Below, one piece after another: positions 1 through 13,706 of a stretch of 64,000 nt of DNA (position 1 is the stretch's first letter; each line of letters opens with the position of its first letter). The stretch comes from Antedon mediterranea (taxonomy: Eukaryota; Animalia; Echinodermata). The notes under the pieces are model-generated. The model was not told where the DNA came from. It ran no database searches and worked only from the letters and a program-made list of their open reading frames with translations. The translations under genes and the position numbers were made by a program. The stretch spans positions 33,738,304 to 33,802,303 of the forward strand of contig NC_092671.1 of NCBI RefSeq assembly GCF_964355755.1, written 5' to 3'.

Positions 1-1589
1 TTCGATGTTATTAATCACAATAATTTAATTAAAAAACTTGAGTGCTATGGAATTAGAGGTATTTCATTGAATTGGTTTAATAGTTATTTGAAAGATAGAA
101 AACAATATGTTGCATTAGGATCTTGTACATCGTCGACGATGGATATTACTTGCGGAGTGCCACAGGGATATGTGCTTGGGCCATTGCTCTTCCTTATTTA
201 TGTTAATGATCTGGCTAATGTCAGTAACAAATTGCAAGTAATATCCTTCGCCGACGACACCACCTTATTTTACTCTAATTCCAATATTGATTTATTATTT
301 ACTACATTCAATGATGAATTAACAAAATTTTGGGACTGGTTTATTTCAAACAAATTACTTATTAATACTCTTAAAACAAATTATTAAATTTTTCACAATT
401 CTCAACGTAAACTAAAAGTTGATGACCTAAATATACTTCTTGGCGGAATTCAAATTGAACGCAAAACTGAAACACTTTTTTTAGGTGTATATATTCATGA
501 AAACCTCAAATGGACCAGTCATCAAAATTACGTTTCGAAAAAAATATCAAGATCTATTAGTATTATTAACAGACTTAAGCACTTCTTCCCTCTAAATATT
601 TTTAATTTCTCTTTATAACACACTTGTACTTCCTTATTTCTAGTATTGTAACATTATTTGGGCTGCAGATTACTCTTCTAATATTGCTAGATTAACTAAA
701 TTACAAAAACGTGCAGCTAGAATTATTACTTTTTCACCATATAGAACCTCATCTGAACCCCTTTTTAAACGTCTTGGTATATTAAAATTAACGGATATCC
801 ACAATGTTCAAGTTGCCAGTTTTATGTTTAATTATTTTAAAAACCAACTTCCTATTTCTATGATTGATATGCTCTGTAAACGTACCAAATTTCACAATTA
901 CAATTTAAGAACTTCTCATTTAAACATTCCTTTTGCTAGACTTACAAAAACTAAATTTTTTATAACTATATCAGGTCCTAATTTGTGGAATCATATCCCA
1001 CCAAATATCAAAACGTCAATATCATTATTTACTTTCCGAAAAAAGTTAAAGAATCATTATATATCTAAATATTATACTGCTTAGTTAATATGCTTATTAT
1101 CATTATTTATACTCATATACTATTTATGTCTTACACAAAATATTAGTTGTTGTTTATTATTGCAATCTTTAATCTATACTATATATAATGTATATAGTAT
1201 ATACTATATATATACTGGAATTATAATTTATGTATACATATTTTTTTTTTTCATTTACCAATATCGGTAGTTATTTCATTTATAATTATCATGAAACTAT
1301 TGAAATATAATTTAAATAATTTTTATAAAGAAGATGTTAGTTATGTTATTATACTGTAATTTTTTATCCTAAATTATATAATTATATATTCTAGGTTATT
1401 TTTATTTTTTTAGTAATGTGTTTTGTTATGGGTCCCTACGAGACAAGTTTTTAACTTCTAGAAGGGATCTATGATAATAATGACTACCAATTACTGCTTT
1501 ATCTATGTTCACTTTAATATCTTTTTTCTATTTTGTATATATTCATTCATTATTATCTAAATAAATATTATCTGAATCTGAATCTGAAT
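1..1589 (+). mobile_element. 3' part of a CR1/L2-group LINE (decayed RT plus 3' UTR), antisense within an intron of gene C
   Basis: Translation shows GVPQGYVLGPLLFLIYVND and FADDTT RT motifs, then a C-terminal ...GPNLWN... segment. There is a stop at 385-387 and later frameshifts. The element ends with AATAAA and a (TCTGAA)3 tail at about 1571-1588. Confidence 0.9.
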
Positions 1590-1838
1590 ACCGTTTGAGC
1601 TAAGTCGACGTTCACAGTATAATTACAGTTCCTACGCATAAATACCTATCGTCAGAATCATCCCCGATGATGATAGAATTGATTTAGAAATATTGATTGC
1701 TTGCACCATGACGTGCATTCGATAACGTTTGTAAAGCTCTTTCTTCAATCTACACTATCAAACTAGTTTGACAAAGGAAGTTTTTTTTACAAATTATACT
1801 GCTTGTTATGCATATTTTTTTTAAATTTTTAAACTTAC

Positions 1839-1874
1839 CTTCAGCGTTTAATCCATATCTTTTAGCAGCAGGTT
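1839..1874 (-). CDS. Gene C micro-exon (36 nt, phase 1-1): (K)PAAKRYGLNAE
   Basis: Flanked by ttctttattgcttcAG and GTaagttt. Both flanking introns are homologous to those of exon 9525-9560. Confidence 0.75.
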
Positions 1875-2002
1875 CTGAAGCAATAAAGAAAAAAATAACT
1901 TTAAAGTGTATAAGTTTTCAAATTAGATTAATAATATATTGTGCTTTGATTTTTTTCATGTTTTCAATTCAATTCAACTCAAAATAACATTTAGTTACTT
2001 TT

Positions 2003-2202
2003 AATTGTAGTTTTTGTGTCAGGGAAATGAGTAATTAGATGTTTTGCCCTCCTCTGACGTAATTTGTACTTTATACTAAGTACATTTGAGAATACTTGAC
2101 CATCCGAGAACTATACTTGTGAATTTTTTCTCAAATGTACTTAGTATAAAGTACAAATTACGTCAGAGTAGGGCAAAACATCTAATTACTCAAACTACAA
2201 TT
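2003..2202. mobile_element. Palindromic MITE-like element
   Basis: Near-perfect inverted arms of about 65 bp (2028-2092 vs 2128-2192), plus outer attgtagttt/aaactacaat. Confidence 0.7.
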
Positions 2203-2607
2203 ACAATCCTGTTGGTGCAGTACCCGCTGCTTACTTGGGCTCGAATCTAACCACAAGCCATCAGCGCAAGCTCGGTGGTCTAGAGGTATGAACGCCAGGC
2301 TAAGTGATTAGGTTATTAGGTTTGCGGGTTTGGTTATCAAATGTTATCTCTTTTTAGCTAGTTTATTATCCCGAACAAGCTGCTATAATCTGAAAAGGAG
2401 TCAGTAATTAGGTATTTTACAGGAGTGTTGCTTGCAGTTGAACGAAATTACGGTTCTATTGTATTTTGGCTTATTTTAGTTTGAATTAAGACATTGAGAT
2501 TTATGTGACACATCCTTTAATTTCAAGAGTTTCTTCTTTCTTGTGGACATACTTCGGTTTGGTTTTTATTACTTAGATTATAGTATATACGTATTTTTGT
2601 AACTTAC

Positions 2608-2637
2608 TTTCAGCGTTTATTTCCATAAAAGAAGGCT
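2608..2637 (-). CDS. Gene C micro-exon (30 nt, phase 1-1): (E)PSFMEINAE
   Basis: Flanked by ctttgttacAG and GTaagtt. It shares the AACGCTGAA (NAE) ending with sister exons. Confidence 0.72.
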
Positions 2638-3147
2638 CTGTAACAAAGATTAGAAGGAAACATAAAGGATACATTGTCTTTTTTAACCTTAATTATCTAA
2701 TGTGTTATCTCCTTTTAGTTAATTCAACATCTAGAAGGATATTTTGGATTAAAATAGAAGTTATCAACGTTTTCCGATAACGGGATGTGCGAATACGGGA
2801 TGATCGATACATAATTGGTGCTGAGACCAGAGTTCAATTAGAAAAGGCTGCAGGATAGCGCTTAGGGCGTATCCATACTTCGTTGCGGTTTAGGTTTTTT
2901 TTCTCACAAGTTTGTAGAGCACTTAGATGTTTCACGACATTAAGGCTCTATACATCAAAAGCATGCATTAAGATGCTATGCTTATAATGTGGCATAATTT
3001 CATAATGCTAAAGCTGCAGAGGAAAACTATAACATGTGCATACTCATTTCCCAACATGTAAGTGACGTTGTAATATTGATTAGGCCTATTATTATAAAAT
3101 ATTATGATTATCAAAGTAATAAATTAGAATAATAATGGTGTACTCAC

Positions 3148-3177
3148 CTACTTCACCTCGACGAACTCTGTCATGAA
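3148..3177 (-). CDS. Gene C micro-exon (30 nt, phase 1-1): (V)HDRVRRGEV, with a furin-type RxRR site
   Basis: Flanked by ttatgttatttcAG and GTgagta. It is paralogous to exon 18619-18645 (HNRVRREE). Confidence 0.75.
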   Translation of the reverse strand, partial: FMTEFVEVK

Positions 3178-3521
3178 CTGAAATAACATAACATATTAAT
3201 AACGAGTGATTAATAGAAAGGATATTGCATTGAAACATTGAATGTTAGTGTTTTGTGTTAACTGAGGTGAAGTTTATGCTTAAGATTGATTATAGTGTGT
3301 ATTTGAATTAATTATTCACTTTGTAACCGTAATATGTGGTCCCATGCCAGTATCGTTTATATTATAGTAATGTGTATTAAATTGGCGAATAAATATAATT
3401 TTTACTGTACTTTAAACATAAAAAGAAATATATAATACATAATTATATTACATGGTATTAAAATGCTGAAAATCATAAATTATCAAAGCAATTATTATCC
3501 GCTATCATCGAAATTATTAAC

Positions 3522-3575
3522 TTTCTGCTAAAGTATTATTTTATTTCATGAATACTATTATTCTATTAGGAGGTT
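3522..3575 (-). pseudogene. Decayed duplicate of a gene C module exon (EPP...LAE, with an in-frame TAA)
   Basis: The acceptor tttcAG|AACCTCC matches sister exons, and the upstream intron motif tgtgttatct..ttttagtt is shared with 2341, 2701 and 4021. The donor (GTtaat) is weak and there is an internal stop. Confidence 0.35.
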
Positions 3576-4276
3576 CTGAAATAGATCAGACGAAAAGCAT
3601 GAACACTTTAAATTTATATTCATGTAACAGATACGTTGATGTTTAGTAACCGTGTTTACCAAATGTGTTATCTACTTTTAGTTTAGTTTAATATCTTGAA
3701 GAATCTGTTTGATCCAAAAAGCAATTAATAAAAGTAGCCTACTAATGCTAGAATGTACTAATGGTTATAATGGAGCATGGTACACAGAACATGCAATTGG
3801 TTGTATTTTTGCTCGTATTAAGATCACGCGCCGTGCGGTACGGTAATTAGTTCTACCTAACAGAAAAGTGACGATACATAATTATGATAAATATGATGAT
3901 ATGATATATATGATATTTGGATTTAGATGAGGTTCTGAAACTGATCAGACAAAAGGCATGAACACTTTGAAATGTACATTCATGTAACAGATAAGTTGAT
4001 GTTTGTAACCGGGTTTATCAAATGTGCTATCTACTTTTAGTTTAGTTCAACATCTTGAAGGATTTGTTTAATCCAAAGAAAATTAATCAAAGTAGCCTAA
4101 TGTAAGAATGTATGCCTATGGTTATAATGGAACATGGTACACAGAAAATGCATTTGGTTGTATTTTTGCTCGTATAAAGATCACGCGCCGTGCGGTACGG
4201 TAATTAGTTCTACCTAACAGAAAAGTGAAGATACATAATTATGATAAATATGATGATATGATATATATGATATTTA
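3570..4276. repeat. Tandem duplication of about 359 bp (2 copies) covering an exon acceptor and upstream intron
   Basis: 3570-3918 and 3929-4276 align; for example gatcacgcgccgtgcggtacggtaattagttctacctaacag occurs in both. Confidence 0.9.
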
Positions 4277-4449
4277 AATTTTATAATCTTTTTGAACACA
4301 TTGATGTTTAAATTTAACATATAGATTTTAATTTTTTTAACTGTTTTTTAATATTGTGCAATTTGTATATGTAACTTATTCTCAATTCAATGTTATATTG
4401 CAATGAGTAGAATGAATAAAACCAGAAATGAACAAATGTAATAATAAAG

Positions 4450-6515
4450 TGATGATAATTGTAATATACCACCAGTACCTTGGTACAGTAGTAATGTATT
4501 GTAATATACCCCCAGTACCTTGGTACAGTAGTAATGTATTGTAATATACCCTCAGTACCTTGGTACAGTAGTAATGTATTGTAATATACCCTCAGTACCT
4601 TGGTACAGTAGTAATGTATTGTAATATACCCTCAGTACCTTGGTACAGTAGTAATGTATTGTAATATACCCCTAGTACCTTGGTACAGTAGTAATGTATT
4701 GTAATATACCCCCAGTACCTTGGTACAGTAGTAATGTATTGTAATATACCCCCAGTACCTTGGTACAGTAGTAATGTATTGTAATATACCCTCAGTACCT
4801 TGGTACAGTAGTAATGTATTGTAATATACCCTCAGTACCTTGGTACAGTAGTAATGTATTGTAATATACCCCCAGTACCTTGGTACAGTAGTAACGTATT
4901 GTAATATACCCCAGTACCTTGGTACAGTAGTAATGTATTGTAATATACCCCCAGTACCTTGGTACAGTAGTAATGTATTGTAATATACCCTCAGTACCTA
5001 TGTACAGTAGTAATGTATTGTAATATACCCCCAGTACCTTGGTACAGTAGTAATGTATTGTAATATACTCCCAGTACCTTGGTACAGTAGTAATGTATTG
5101 TAATATACCCCCAGTACCTTGGTACAGTAGTAATGTATTGTAATATACCCTCAGTACCTTGGTACAGTAGTAATGTATTGTAATATACCCTCAGTACCTT
5201 GGTACAGTAGTAATGTATTGTAATATACCCCCAGTACCTTGGTACAGTAGTAATGTATTGTTATATACCCTCAGTACCTTGGTACAGTAGTAATGTTTTG
5301 TAATATACCCCCAGTACCTTGGTACAGTAGTAATGTATTGTAATATACCCCCAGTACCTTAGTACATTAGTAATGTATTGTAATACCCCCAGTACCTTGG
5401 TACAGTAGTAATGTATTGTAATATACCCCCAGTACCTTGGTACAGTAGTAATGTATTGTAATATACCCCCAGTACCTTGGTACAGTAGTAATGTATTATA
5501 ATTATACCCTCAGTACCTTGGTACAGTAGTAATGTATTGTAATATACCCCCAGTACCTTGGTGCAGTAGTAATGTATTGTAATATACCCCAAGTACCTTG
5601 GTACAGTAGTAATGTATTGTAATATACCCCCAGTACCTTGGTACAGTAGTAATGTATTGTAATATACCCTCAGTACCTTGGTACAGTAGTAATGTATTAT
5701 AATATACCCTCAGTACCTTGGTACAGTAGTAATGTATTGTAATGTACCCTCAGTACCTTGGTACAGTAGTAATGTATTGTAATATACCCTCAGTACCTTG
5801 GTACAGTAGTAATGTATTGTAATATACCCATAGTACCTTGGTACAGTAGTAATGTATTATAATATACCCTCAGTACCTTGGTACAGTAGTAATGTATTGT
5901 AATATACCTCAGTACCTTGGTACAGTAGTAATGTATTGTAATATACCCTCAGTACCTTGGTACAGTAGTAATATTGTAATATACCCTCAGTACCTTGGTA
6001 CAGGAGTAATGTATTGTAATATACCCTCAGTACATTGGTACAGTAGTAATGTATTGTAATATACCTCAGTACCTTGGTACAGTAGTAATGTATTGTAATG
6101 TACTGTAAAGCTGACTGATGATAATTGTAATATACCCTCAGTACCTTGGTACAGTAGTAATGCATTGTAATATACCCTCAGTACCTTGGTACAGTGGTGG
6201 TAGTAATATATTGTAATATACCCTCAGTACCTTGGTACAGTAGTAATGTATTGTAATATACCCTCAGTACCTTGGTACAGTATAGTAATGTATTGTAATA
6301 TACCCTCAGTACATTGGTACAGTAGTAATGCATTGTAATATACCCTCAGTACCTTGGTACAGTATTAATGTATTGTAATATACCCTCAGTACCTTGGTAC
6401 AGTAGTAATGTATTGTAATACCCTCAGTACATTGGTACAGTAGTAATGTATTGTAATATACCCTCAGTACCTTGGTACAGTAGTAATGTATTGTAATGTA
6501 TTGTAAAGCTGACTC
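4450..6515. repeat. 40-bp minisatellite (about 50 units) GTAATATACCC(T/C)CAGTACCTTGGTACAGTAGTAATGTATT
   Basis: Directly visible period of 40 with no spacers. It forms two sub-blocks, each bracketed by gatgataatt and gtaaagctgact. Confidence 0.97.
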
Positions 6516-6904
6516 AAAAAACATGTATTCACTTCGACTACTCTTTTTAACAACTATTTTATTATGACTCATACAAATTGGTATAGGTACAGGTGGTATT
6601 TGTAAACCAACTGATAATACAGGAAGAGGAGTACTGATAACAAATGTATCATCTTGCCTACTGGCACAATAACTAGACATAACAATAATTAATGTTTCTA
6701 ATTTGTCTCGTGTCGTCTCTATATACATTTTTTTGAAAAGGAAGGCAGACGGCAAGTAGGCCTAGCCTGAATTCTACACAAAAAGTCTAGGCCTAGGCCC
6801 ATATTGAGGAAATAATTTAGAGTAGGTGTTAAAACTTCTTCTATATTGATACCGTTTGAGCTCTTAAGTTGGCGTTCACAGTATAAATACAGTTGTTCGC
6901 ATTA

Positions 6905-9335
6905 GGCCAAAAAAAAAAATTGTGTTGGCCACGTTTTTGGTAAATCCCAAAAATGGGTAGGTCGGTAGGAAAAGTTTTTTTTTTTTTTTTCAGACCAAAA
7001 ATGTGTTACCGGCAAAATAATAAACCATTTACACAAATGATACAAAAAGACTTTTTAAACACTTTTCATAGCACCATAGGCTCATTCTAGCTATAATTGT
7101 TTCAAAAAAAGTTTTAATAAGGTTTATTAAATAAACGTAGGCCTAGCCTTTTTAGGCAAAAAGGCCTAGGCTAGCCCTAGGCTCTAGCTACCATTTCCAA
7201 CAAAAAATCAAGGTCGAAATAAACTAGGCCTATTACCGTGTTAATGCTGCATTACGCAAGCGGCAAGTTAACATAGCCTATTATATTATTTTAGATGAAA
7301 CATATTGAGTTTTATATTGTTTTATCCATACATAATTACACTGGCATTTAAGATATATAACATTAAAATGTAGGCCATTATGAGCCATATATTTCGGCGA
7401 TTTCTTATCGCGGGGAAATTCCCCCAACCAGAGACATCGATCGATCGAGGAGTAGGCATAGGCTTAGCCGATTCACCACGATAAGCGCTTAAAGCGCTCA
7501 AAAAGTTAAAAGTCAAGGTCATTGTAAACAAATTATCAACAAAAAAAAAGTAAATCGAATTTACATGCGCAGTTTGCTGTGCATGAATCGTAACAACAAA
7601 TTATACAAAATACTCACAACTTCTTTTTTAAAAATATGCTTCTAAATATATAAAAACAATTGTTGAAGTTAGTTTGAAAATAAAATTCGAAAATATAACC
7701 GTTTTTCGAAGCACGCTGTTCGAAACGCGACAGGCGCGTTGAATGAATCTAGGCCTAAACATACAACGTAAAATCGTCTAAAATCCATCTTTATTTCTGA
7801 TAATCACTATTTTGAAGCTTGTATACAATAAATGTATAATAAATAAAGATTATGTATCAGTTACAGTGTCTAAATCGTCATATTTCCATGTAAAAATGTG
7901 ATTTTTCTACCGGAGAAAAGTCGTGAAGATGTCCTCACAAGGGCCGCGCCATATTGTTTACCTTTGATTGTAATATGAACCCTGACATGTCAGATGCATT
8001 ATGGGCATGAAATATTTGTTCAAACTCTGCGCAAAGGTCAGTTTATTGAAGCATAACTTTTGACAAACATTTTGATACCAAACTTGTTTTAATTTCATAA
8101 GTTTTCGACGCATTTTCGTCAAATTTTCTGCAAGCTACACGTCTAAAACAGCGGACTAAGCTCCCGAGGGATGCCGGTGCGCGTGAGAATCCCGAATTCC
8201 AAGTCGCTTTCGGGATGTTTTTTTTAACATTCCCGGTGAACAAACAGCGGCGACGACGACGCTCTCGGGGCGGCTCCCGATAGGCCTAGGCCCCATATGG
8301 TCATCGTCGGATGAGTCAGTCTACTAATTTCTTCATAATTTCGAAACCGGTCATTCATAATGGTCAAGTTTGGTCTTATTTTGAAGAGAAGAAATAGGTT
8401 CTGATGAAGAGATGAGTTTTATTATGAAATATTTATTAATTTTTGTGCATTTGGTAGTCAAAGATAAATTACAAATTTTTAATAATTTTCCTAAAATATT
8501 TCTAAAATTTGCATAATCCATACTCCGCAAAAATAAGTTGTAACACAAATTTGATAACATATTTGGAAATAAAATGTCCTTTGCATTATTTTTGTTTTTT
8601 AATTTTTTTAATGTCTGTGTTTAGAAAAAAAGTTAGGGTTAATTATATGACATATGCTTTTTGGGTCCCAGGGGAGCAAAATAAACTTAGGGGTCAATGG
8701 GTTAGAGGTCCGCCGGCTAGAGGCCTAGGCTACGTACATGCCGGAACAGATGGATTATCGCTATATAAATAACAAGCTTGAACAAAAGAGCTTACGACAA
8801 TCTTAGGTAATTTTTTTATTAAACATATAGGCCTACTTCCTTGGCGAATCCATGCCTTTTAAATCATTTAACAAATTCGTAAACGGATCGTAGTACTACT
8901 GTACAGTGAAACCAAAAATCACCGCATCAACAACCTCGTGCGATGTACGATCTGTTGTTCTTTGCATGCTGCAGATCAACATTGGTAGAGTCCATTAATT
9001 AAGAGGGTGTTTAAAAACGTGATAACTATTAAAAACCTGTCTCAACCACTGTGTAATCAAAGCGTTTATTTAATTAAAACTTGGATCCCCTCAAAATTGA
9101 TAATCGCGTATTCTGGTTATCACGTGATTGATTCACGGTTGGTTGCACGCTTCTTTTTTACGTCCGGAAGAGGTGAAATATGTTCGCCAATTTGGCAAAT
9201 AAGACAATATTGTTCACCATTTCGTTTCACAATTGCAGTTTGGCTCCCCCGCCCCCCCCCCCCCAAAAAAAAGTCGACATTCATTTTCGTCCATTTAGGG
9301 TCGGTCTGGCGTGGCCAACACAATTTTTTTAGGCC
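6905..9335. mobile_element. Non-autonomous TIR DNA transposon with TTA target duplication (Zator- or PIF/Harbinger-like)
   Basis: Termini are GGCC(A)nTTGTGTTGGCCACG and CGTGGCCAACACAA(T)nAGGCC, with TTA at 6902-6904 and 9336-9338. The paralogous intron at 1590-1720 is the empty site. No transposase ORF is present. Confidence 0.8.
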
Positions 9336-9524
9336 TTATATACGTCTCGTCAGGATCATCCCCGATGATGATAAAATTGATTTAGAAATATTGATTGCTT
9401 GCACCATGACGTGCATTTCATTCAGTTTGTAGAGTAAATCTCTATCTACAATCTACACTATCAAACTAGTTTACAAATCATAATATATTGTATGTTATGT
9501 ATATTTAGTTTTTTTTAAACTTAC

Positions 9525-9560
9525 CATCAGCGTTTAATCCACTTTTTTTAACAGGAGGTC
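9525..9560 (-). CDS. Gene C micro-exon (36 nt, phase 1-1): (R)PPVKKSGLNAD
   Basis: Flanked by tctttttattgcttcAG and GTaagttt, and in frame with the signal-peptide exon. Confidence 0.75.
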
Positions 9561-9974
9561 CTGAAGCAATAAAAAGAATATTAACTTTAAAGTGTAAAGC
9601 TTTTTAAATTAGAACAATCTATAATATATTTTGCTTATTTTAGAGAAACATTTTTATTGTCAAAGACTTCGTTTTGGATACTATATAAACCTTCCAAGTA
9701 AACGGACAGCCTAAACATTCAACATCGATACGACTTCGCGCTTAAGTGAACGTTAAACAAATTCATGTTTATAAGTCGAAATGGTACAAACATTTTATCT
9801 AGGGGAAAATAAACAATGATTTTATCTTTCGTCAAACGAATAGAAGAACAAGACTTTTTTTGTATAACAATGACCTTTAAACGACAGACCTAATCATTAG
9901 ACGACGCGGCATTCCAATTATAGACATAGTTTGCCATATTGGATAATTTGAAACAGTAGGATTTCACATTGCAA

Positions 9975-9978
<4 letters not shown>

Positions 9979-10055
<77 letters not shown>
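9979..10055. repeat. (TA)n microsatellite
   Basis: Pure TA run. Confidence 0.95.
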
Positions 10056-10058
<3 letters not shown>

Positions 10059-10515
10059 CTGTCTAATATATTAAAATTATAAGCACACAAATTGTAGTGT
10101 TAATAATGTCAATGAATAACCAAACAATCATAGGCTTAGGCCTAGCTATGCTAAAGCGCCTAGGTTAGAAAAGCTGCGATAACATTAAAGCTAAATTAAT
10201 TATTTATTTTGTCTAAATTTATACGTATCTCTCCAAAAATTCCGTCGCGATACAGTATTTTCATTGTTTAAAAAACGGCGGTGCTGTTGGATTTCACGTT
10301 CAACTTTTTTTTTCATACACAGAAGAAACGGAACAATACTATTTAACGATCTTTAAATAGTTCGTAATTTCATGACATGTAACCCACAATCGTCCAATCA
10401 AATGACCGGAATTTATTTAGGTGTTATATGTTTTACAATATATTAAAAATAAGCAGAAATTGAGAAATTATACACTTTTTAAAACATACATTACATTAAT
10501 AAAACAATAACTTAC

Positions 10516-10582
10516 TTGCCATGGCCAAGTGGTGGACTTGAAACACAAACAATATAACAAATACAACTACCAGCGATTTCAT
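10516..10582 (-). CDS. Gene C first coding exon, signal peptide MKSLVVVFVILFVFQVHHLAMA
   Basis: Acceptor tttatttcacAG|aATG and donor GCAA|GTaagtt (phase 1). Basic N-terminus, hydrophobic core and A-M-A cleavage motif. Confidence 0.78.
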
Positions 10583-11039
10583 TCTGTGAAATAAATATTT
10601 GTAGTGTTTAACATTTTCACAGAAAAAGGCTATCCTTGTCATAGCTATACAAGCACATTGGAAGTAGATCTGATTTTTCCTGGCCATGAAAAGGAAACAC
10701 TGGCCAACAAGCTCAGTCATTGCTGGGATTGGCTTCCTATAAAAATTAATTTGTTTACAGAATAAATAATAAATGAAACTCTTTGCCACTTTTATCAGCA
10801 ACTATATGTCAGACAAACATGGTTTGACGTAAAAGCCATGTTTGTTTAATTATACAGGTATTAGCCGTTATTCACGTTCCCACACACATTATGAAGCCAT
10901 ATCCTTAAACACTAAAGCCTGCAATTCAGCCCCATCTTTATTCATAAAAATTTAGCCATAACGTGTGGTTAACATGCTTGCCTTCCACGGTTCAATCTTG
11001 ACCTAGTACCAGGGTTGGAATTCACGACCGTTTTAATCA

Positions 11040-11385
11040 ACTCAATACACAATACTTGATGAAGGAGTTCTGGACTGGATGATGACGAGAACAACTGAGA
11101 ATGGAAACACAGGAATAAGATGGAAATTTAGAGAACTCCGCAGATTAAAATCAGAATGTATAGAATTGGATAGCACATGTGCTAAGAATGTAAGATGACA
11201 GCGATTGCAAAAAAGCATTGACATGGACACCTGATGGGCGAAAACAAAGTTGGACGTCTGAGAACTACGTGGAAATCATGGAGCGAGGCCAAGTGAGTTC
11301 CCAGAAACAGAAGAAGCTGGACATAGACCACTGCACTCTTCTGGGCCACAGGGCCCTAAGAGAGTAGATGAGATAGATTAGATTA
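11040..11385 (+). mobile_element. 3' end relic of an RTE-clade LINE
   Basis: Degenerate translation WIAHVLRM..CKKALTWTPDG..GR.RTTW..SWSEAK..NRRSW, followed by a short tagat-repeat tail. Confidence 0.65.
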
Positions 11386-11912
11386 TCCATCATGAAATTC
11401 TCGTTGTTTTTAAATTGCAATAATTAAAAGAAAAATCGTATATGATTATCAATAAAATGTGCTATTTCATAAATTAAAAACTAAATTAAAAGATATTAAC
11501 AGACAAGTCATTAACATATTAATTTCACAGAAACATTATTATTAAAGTTCAATCATAAGCAAACTAAAGCTCTTTGCTTAGCGTTTAAAAGAAAGTATTA
11601 CACTACAGGTTTCTTTAAAAAAAATAAATCCACGCAAAAAAAACCGGAAATACTTTCTTAAAATCCCTTTAAAAATTGAAAAAATGTGTAAAACAAACAT
11701 TATACAATCCATACTTATACTACGTCAAGCATAATGTTAACGAAGGACATCATAGGTTGTCATTTCCTCTTATTGGCTCCACACACTATATAATAATATC
11801 CACAATATCAAATATATTGTATATCATTCTTTATTTTGTCAGTTCAGCAAAACATGAACATAGAACGAAATTTAATTAATAAGACAGAAGTACCTAAAAA
11901 AGAAATACTTAC

Positions 11913-11970
11913 ATTTTACTTGACATGATAATATTACAACGTCAATACGATTGAGTTAAAGTGTCAGCTT
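11913..11970 (-). other. Candidate non-coding first exon of gene C (5' boundary uncertain)
   Basis: Strong donor |GTaagtat at 11912. A TATA-like TATATTAA lies near 11995-12002 and CACGTG near 12034 upstream. Confidence 0.35.
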
Positions 11971-13706
11971 CAAATAAACTAAATCGTCAAATCCTTAATA
12001 TAAAAAAGATACAGATTAAGCAAACGACGCTTTCACGTGATTGGTCAATTAACACCAAAGGTAAGTTCATCTAGAGAAACACGTCATCATCACCGTGTAA
12101 GTGTCAATGTTGACAATGTCTCCTCCAATTATGAATGTGAAAATTTGAAGAGATATATAATATAATTAATACATAATAATTAATAAATATAGTGAAAAAA
12201 TCTATTACTATTGTTAATAAATTAATAATTGAGTACCCTTCAGAAATCCATCGCCAATTTAGCTTCACTACGGGAAGAACAATGGCTGTCGGCCAACATG
12301 TCGAGTACCGTGGGCTCGTTCACCTAATAGTTTTATTGTGTGTGTTATTGGAAATCTTATTTTATCAAAAAATTACAAATTAAATTAATTTAAAAATGAA
12401 ATAAAAACAATTTACATGTAACTAGATGTAATACACATACCAGTGATATTTATTAGGCCGTCATCCATTCACAAACTGACGAGTTTTACAATAACAAACC
12501 TTTTTTCCATTATTCAAATTATAATATGGATTATGCTAAACACTCGGATGAGTTCATCAAATATGTGCGAAAACTTAAAAATGGTACGTCTGCACTGCTT
12601 CAGATGGAATTCGCAAAGAAATGTTAAAAATTTGCGTAACCACTATCATTACGTCTCTGGTTTATTCTATTAGTAAGTTAAGTTTGCTAACGCTTGTTCG
12701 CAAAAAAGGATCACAAATTCCATGGAGTATCCTAGTAATTGCAGTTAATATTAATTTATACGAACTCATCTGCTCAATACTATTAGGTAATAGTTATATT
12801 AATAGTAATTTTGCTATTAAAAAAAATTCTTTCTCGAAAAACAAATTGGTTTTCAAAAACTATCCGGCACGAGTGATCATATTATTTTGCATTTTAAATA
12901 TATTAATACTAAACAAATTAAAAAATGAGATCTGTATGTCTGCTATGTAGATTTTTCGACGGCGTTTGATACTTTCTTTATAAATTAATACATGATTGGC
13001 TTGACAAACGTATTACAGTAGCTGTAGTTCATATTAAGATTGTCAACAATCTTCTCCTTTGCAAACAATTAAATTGAATATTAAATAGTTTAAATAGATA
13101 CTGTACAAAATTGTTGATATTAACAAAGATAATTATAATTATCATTTTAAAAGTTTAAACATGTGGTTATATTCACTGCATTAATTCATATATTTCATAT
13201 AACAACAAGTAAAAAAGAATAACATTTGAATTTGCAATAATACTCATACAAATATAATTAAGCCAGTAGTATTATTGGTTTTTATTTATACGATATTACA
13301 ATATTAAAAAGGCACAAAACAACATCGTAAACTTATTGTTTTCTCTTATAATCATTAACAGATAATTCTGCCAAAGACAATACCATTTTAAAAGGTTAAA
13401 CATGTGGAAATATTCACTTCATTAATTCATATATAGTTTTAATAAAACACAGAAAGGATAGCATTTGCATTAATAATAATATTCCTACTAGTCGAATGTG
13501 TAAACAATAAAATATGTAGTTGTATTGGATTTATAAATATTCATTATTATAGTAACAACAAGAAAAATATACAACATATTTCATACTGTTTAAAACTAGA
13601 ATCAGATATCGAGATGCTGTGCAAGTTCACAATACACTATAATTAAATATTAAACAATAATTTGTATTATATATACACATAATAAACTCAAATATTATTT
13701 TATGCT

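Noticed and set aside
4450-6515. CRISPR-like regular repeat and ORFs 5359-5592, 5857-6165, 6306-6755
   Set aside because: Units are contiguous with no unique spacers, there are no cas genes and the context is eukaryotic. The ORFs are largely translations of the repeat.
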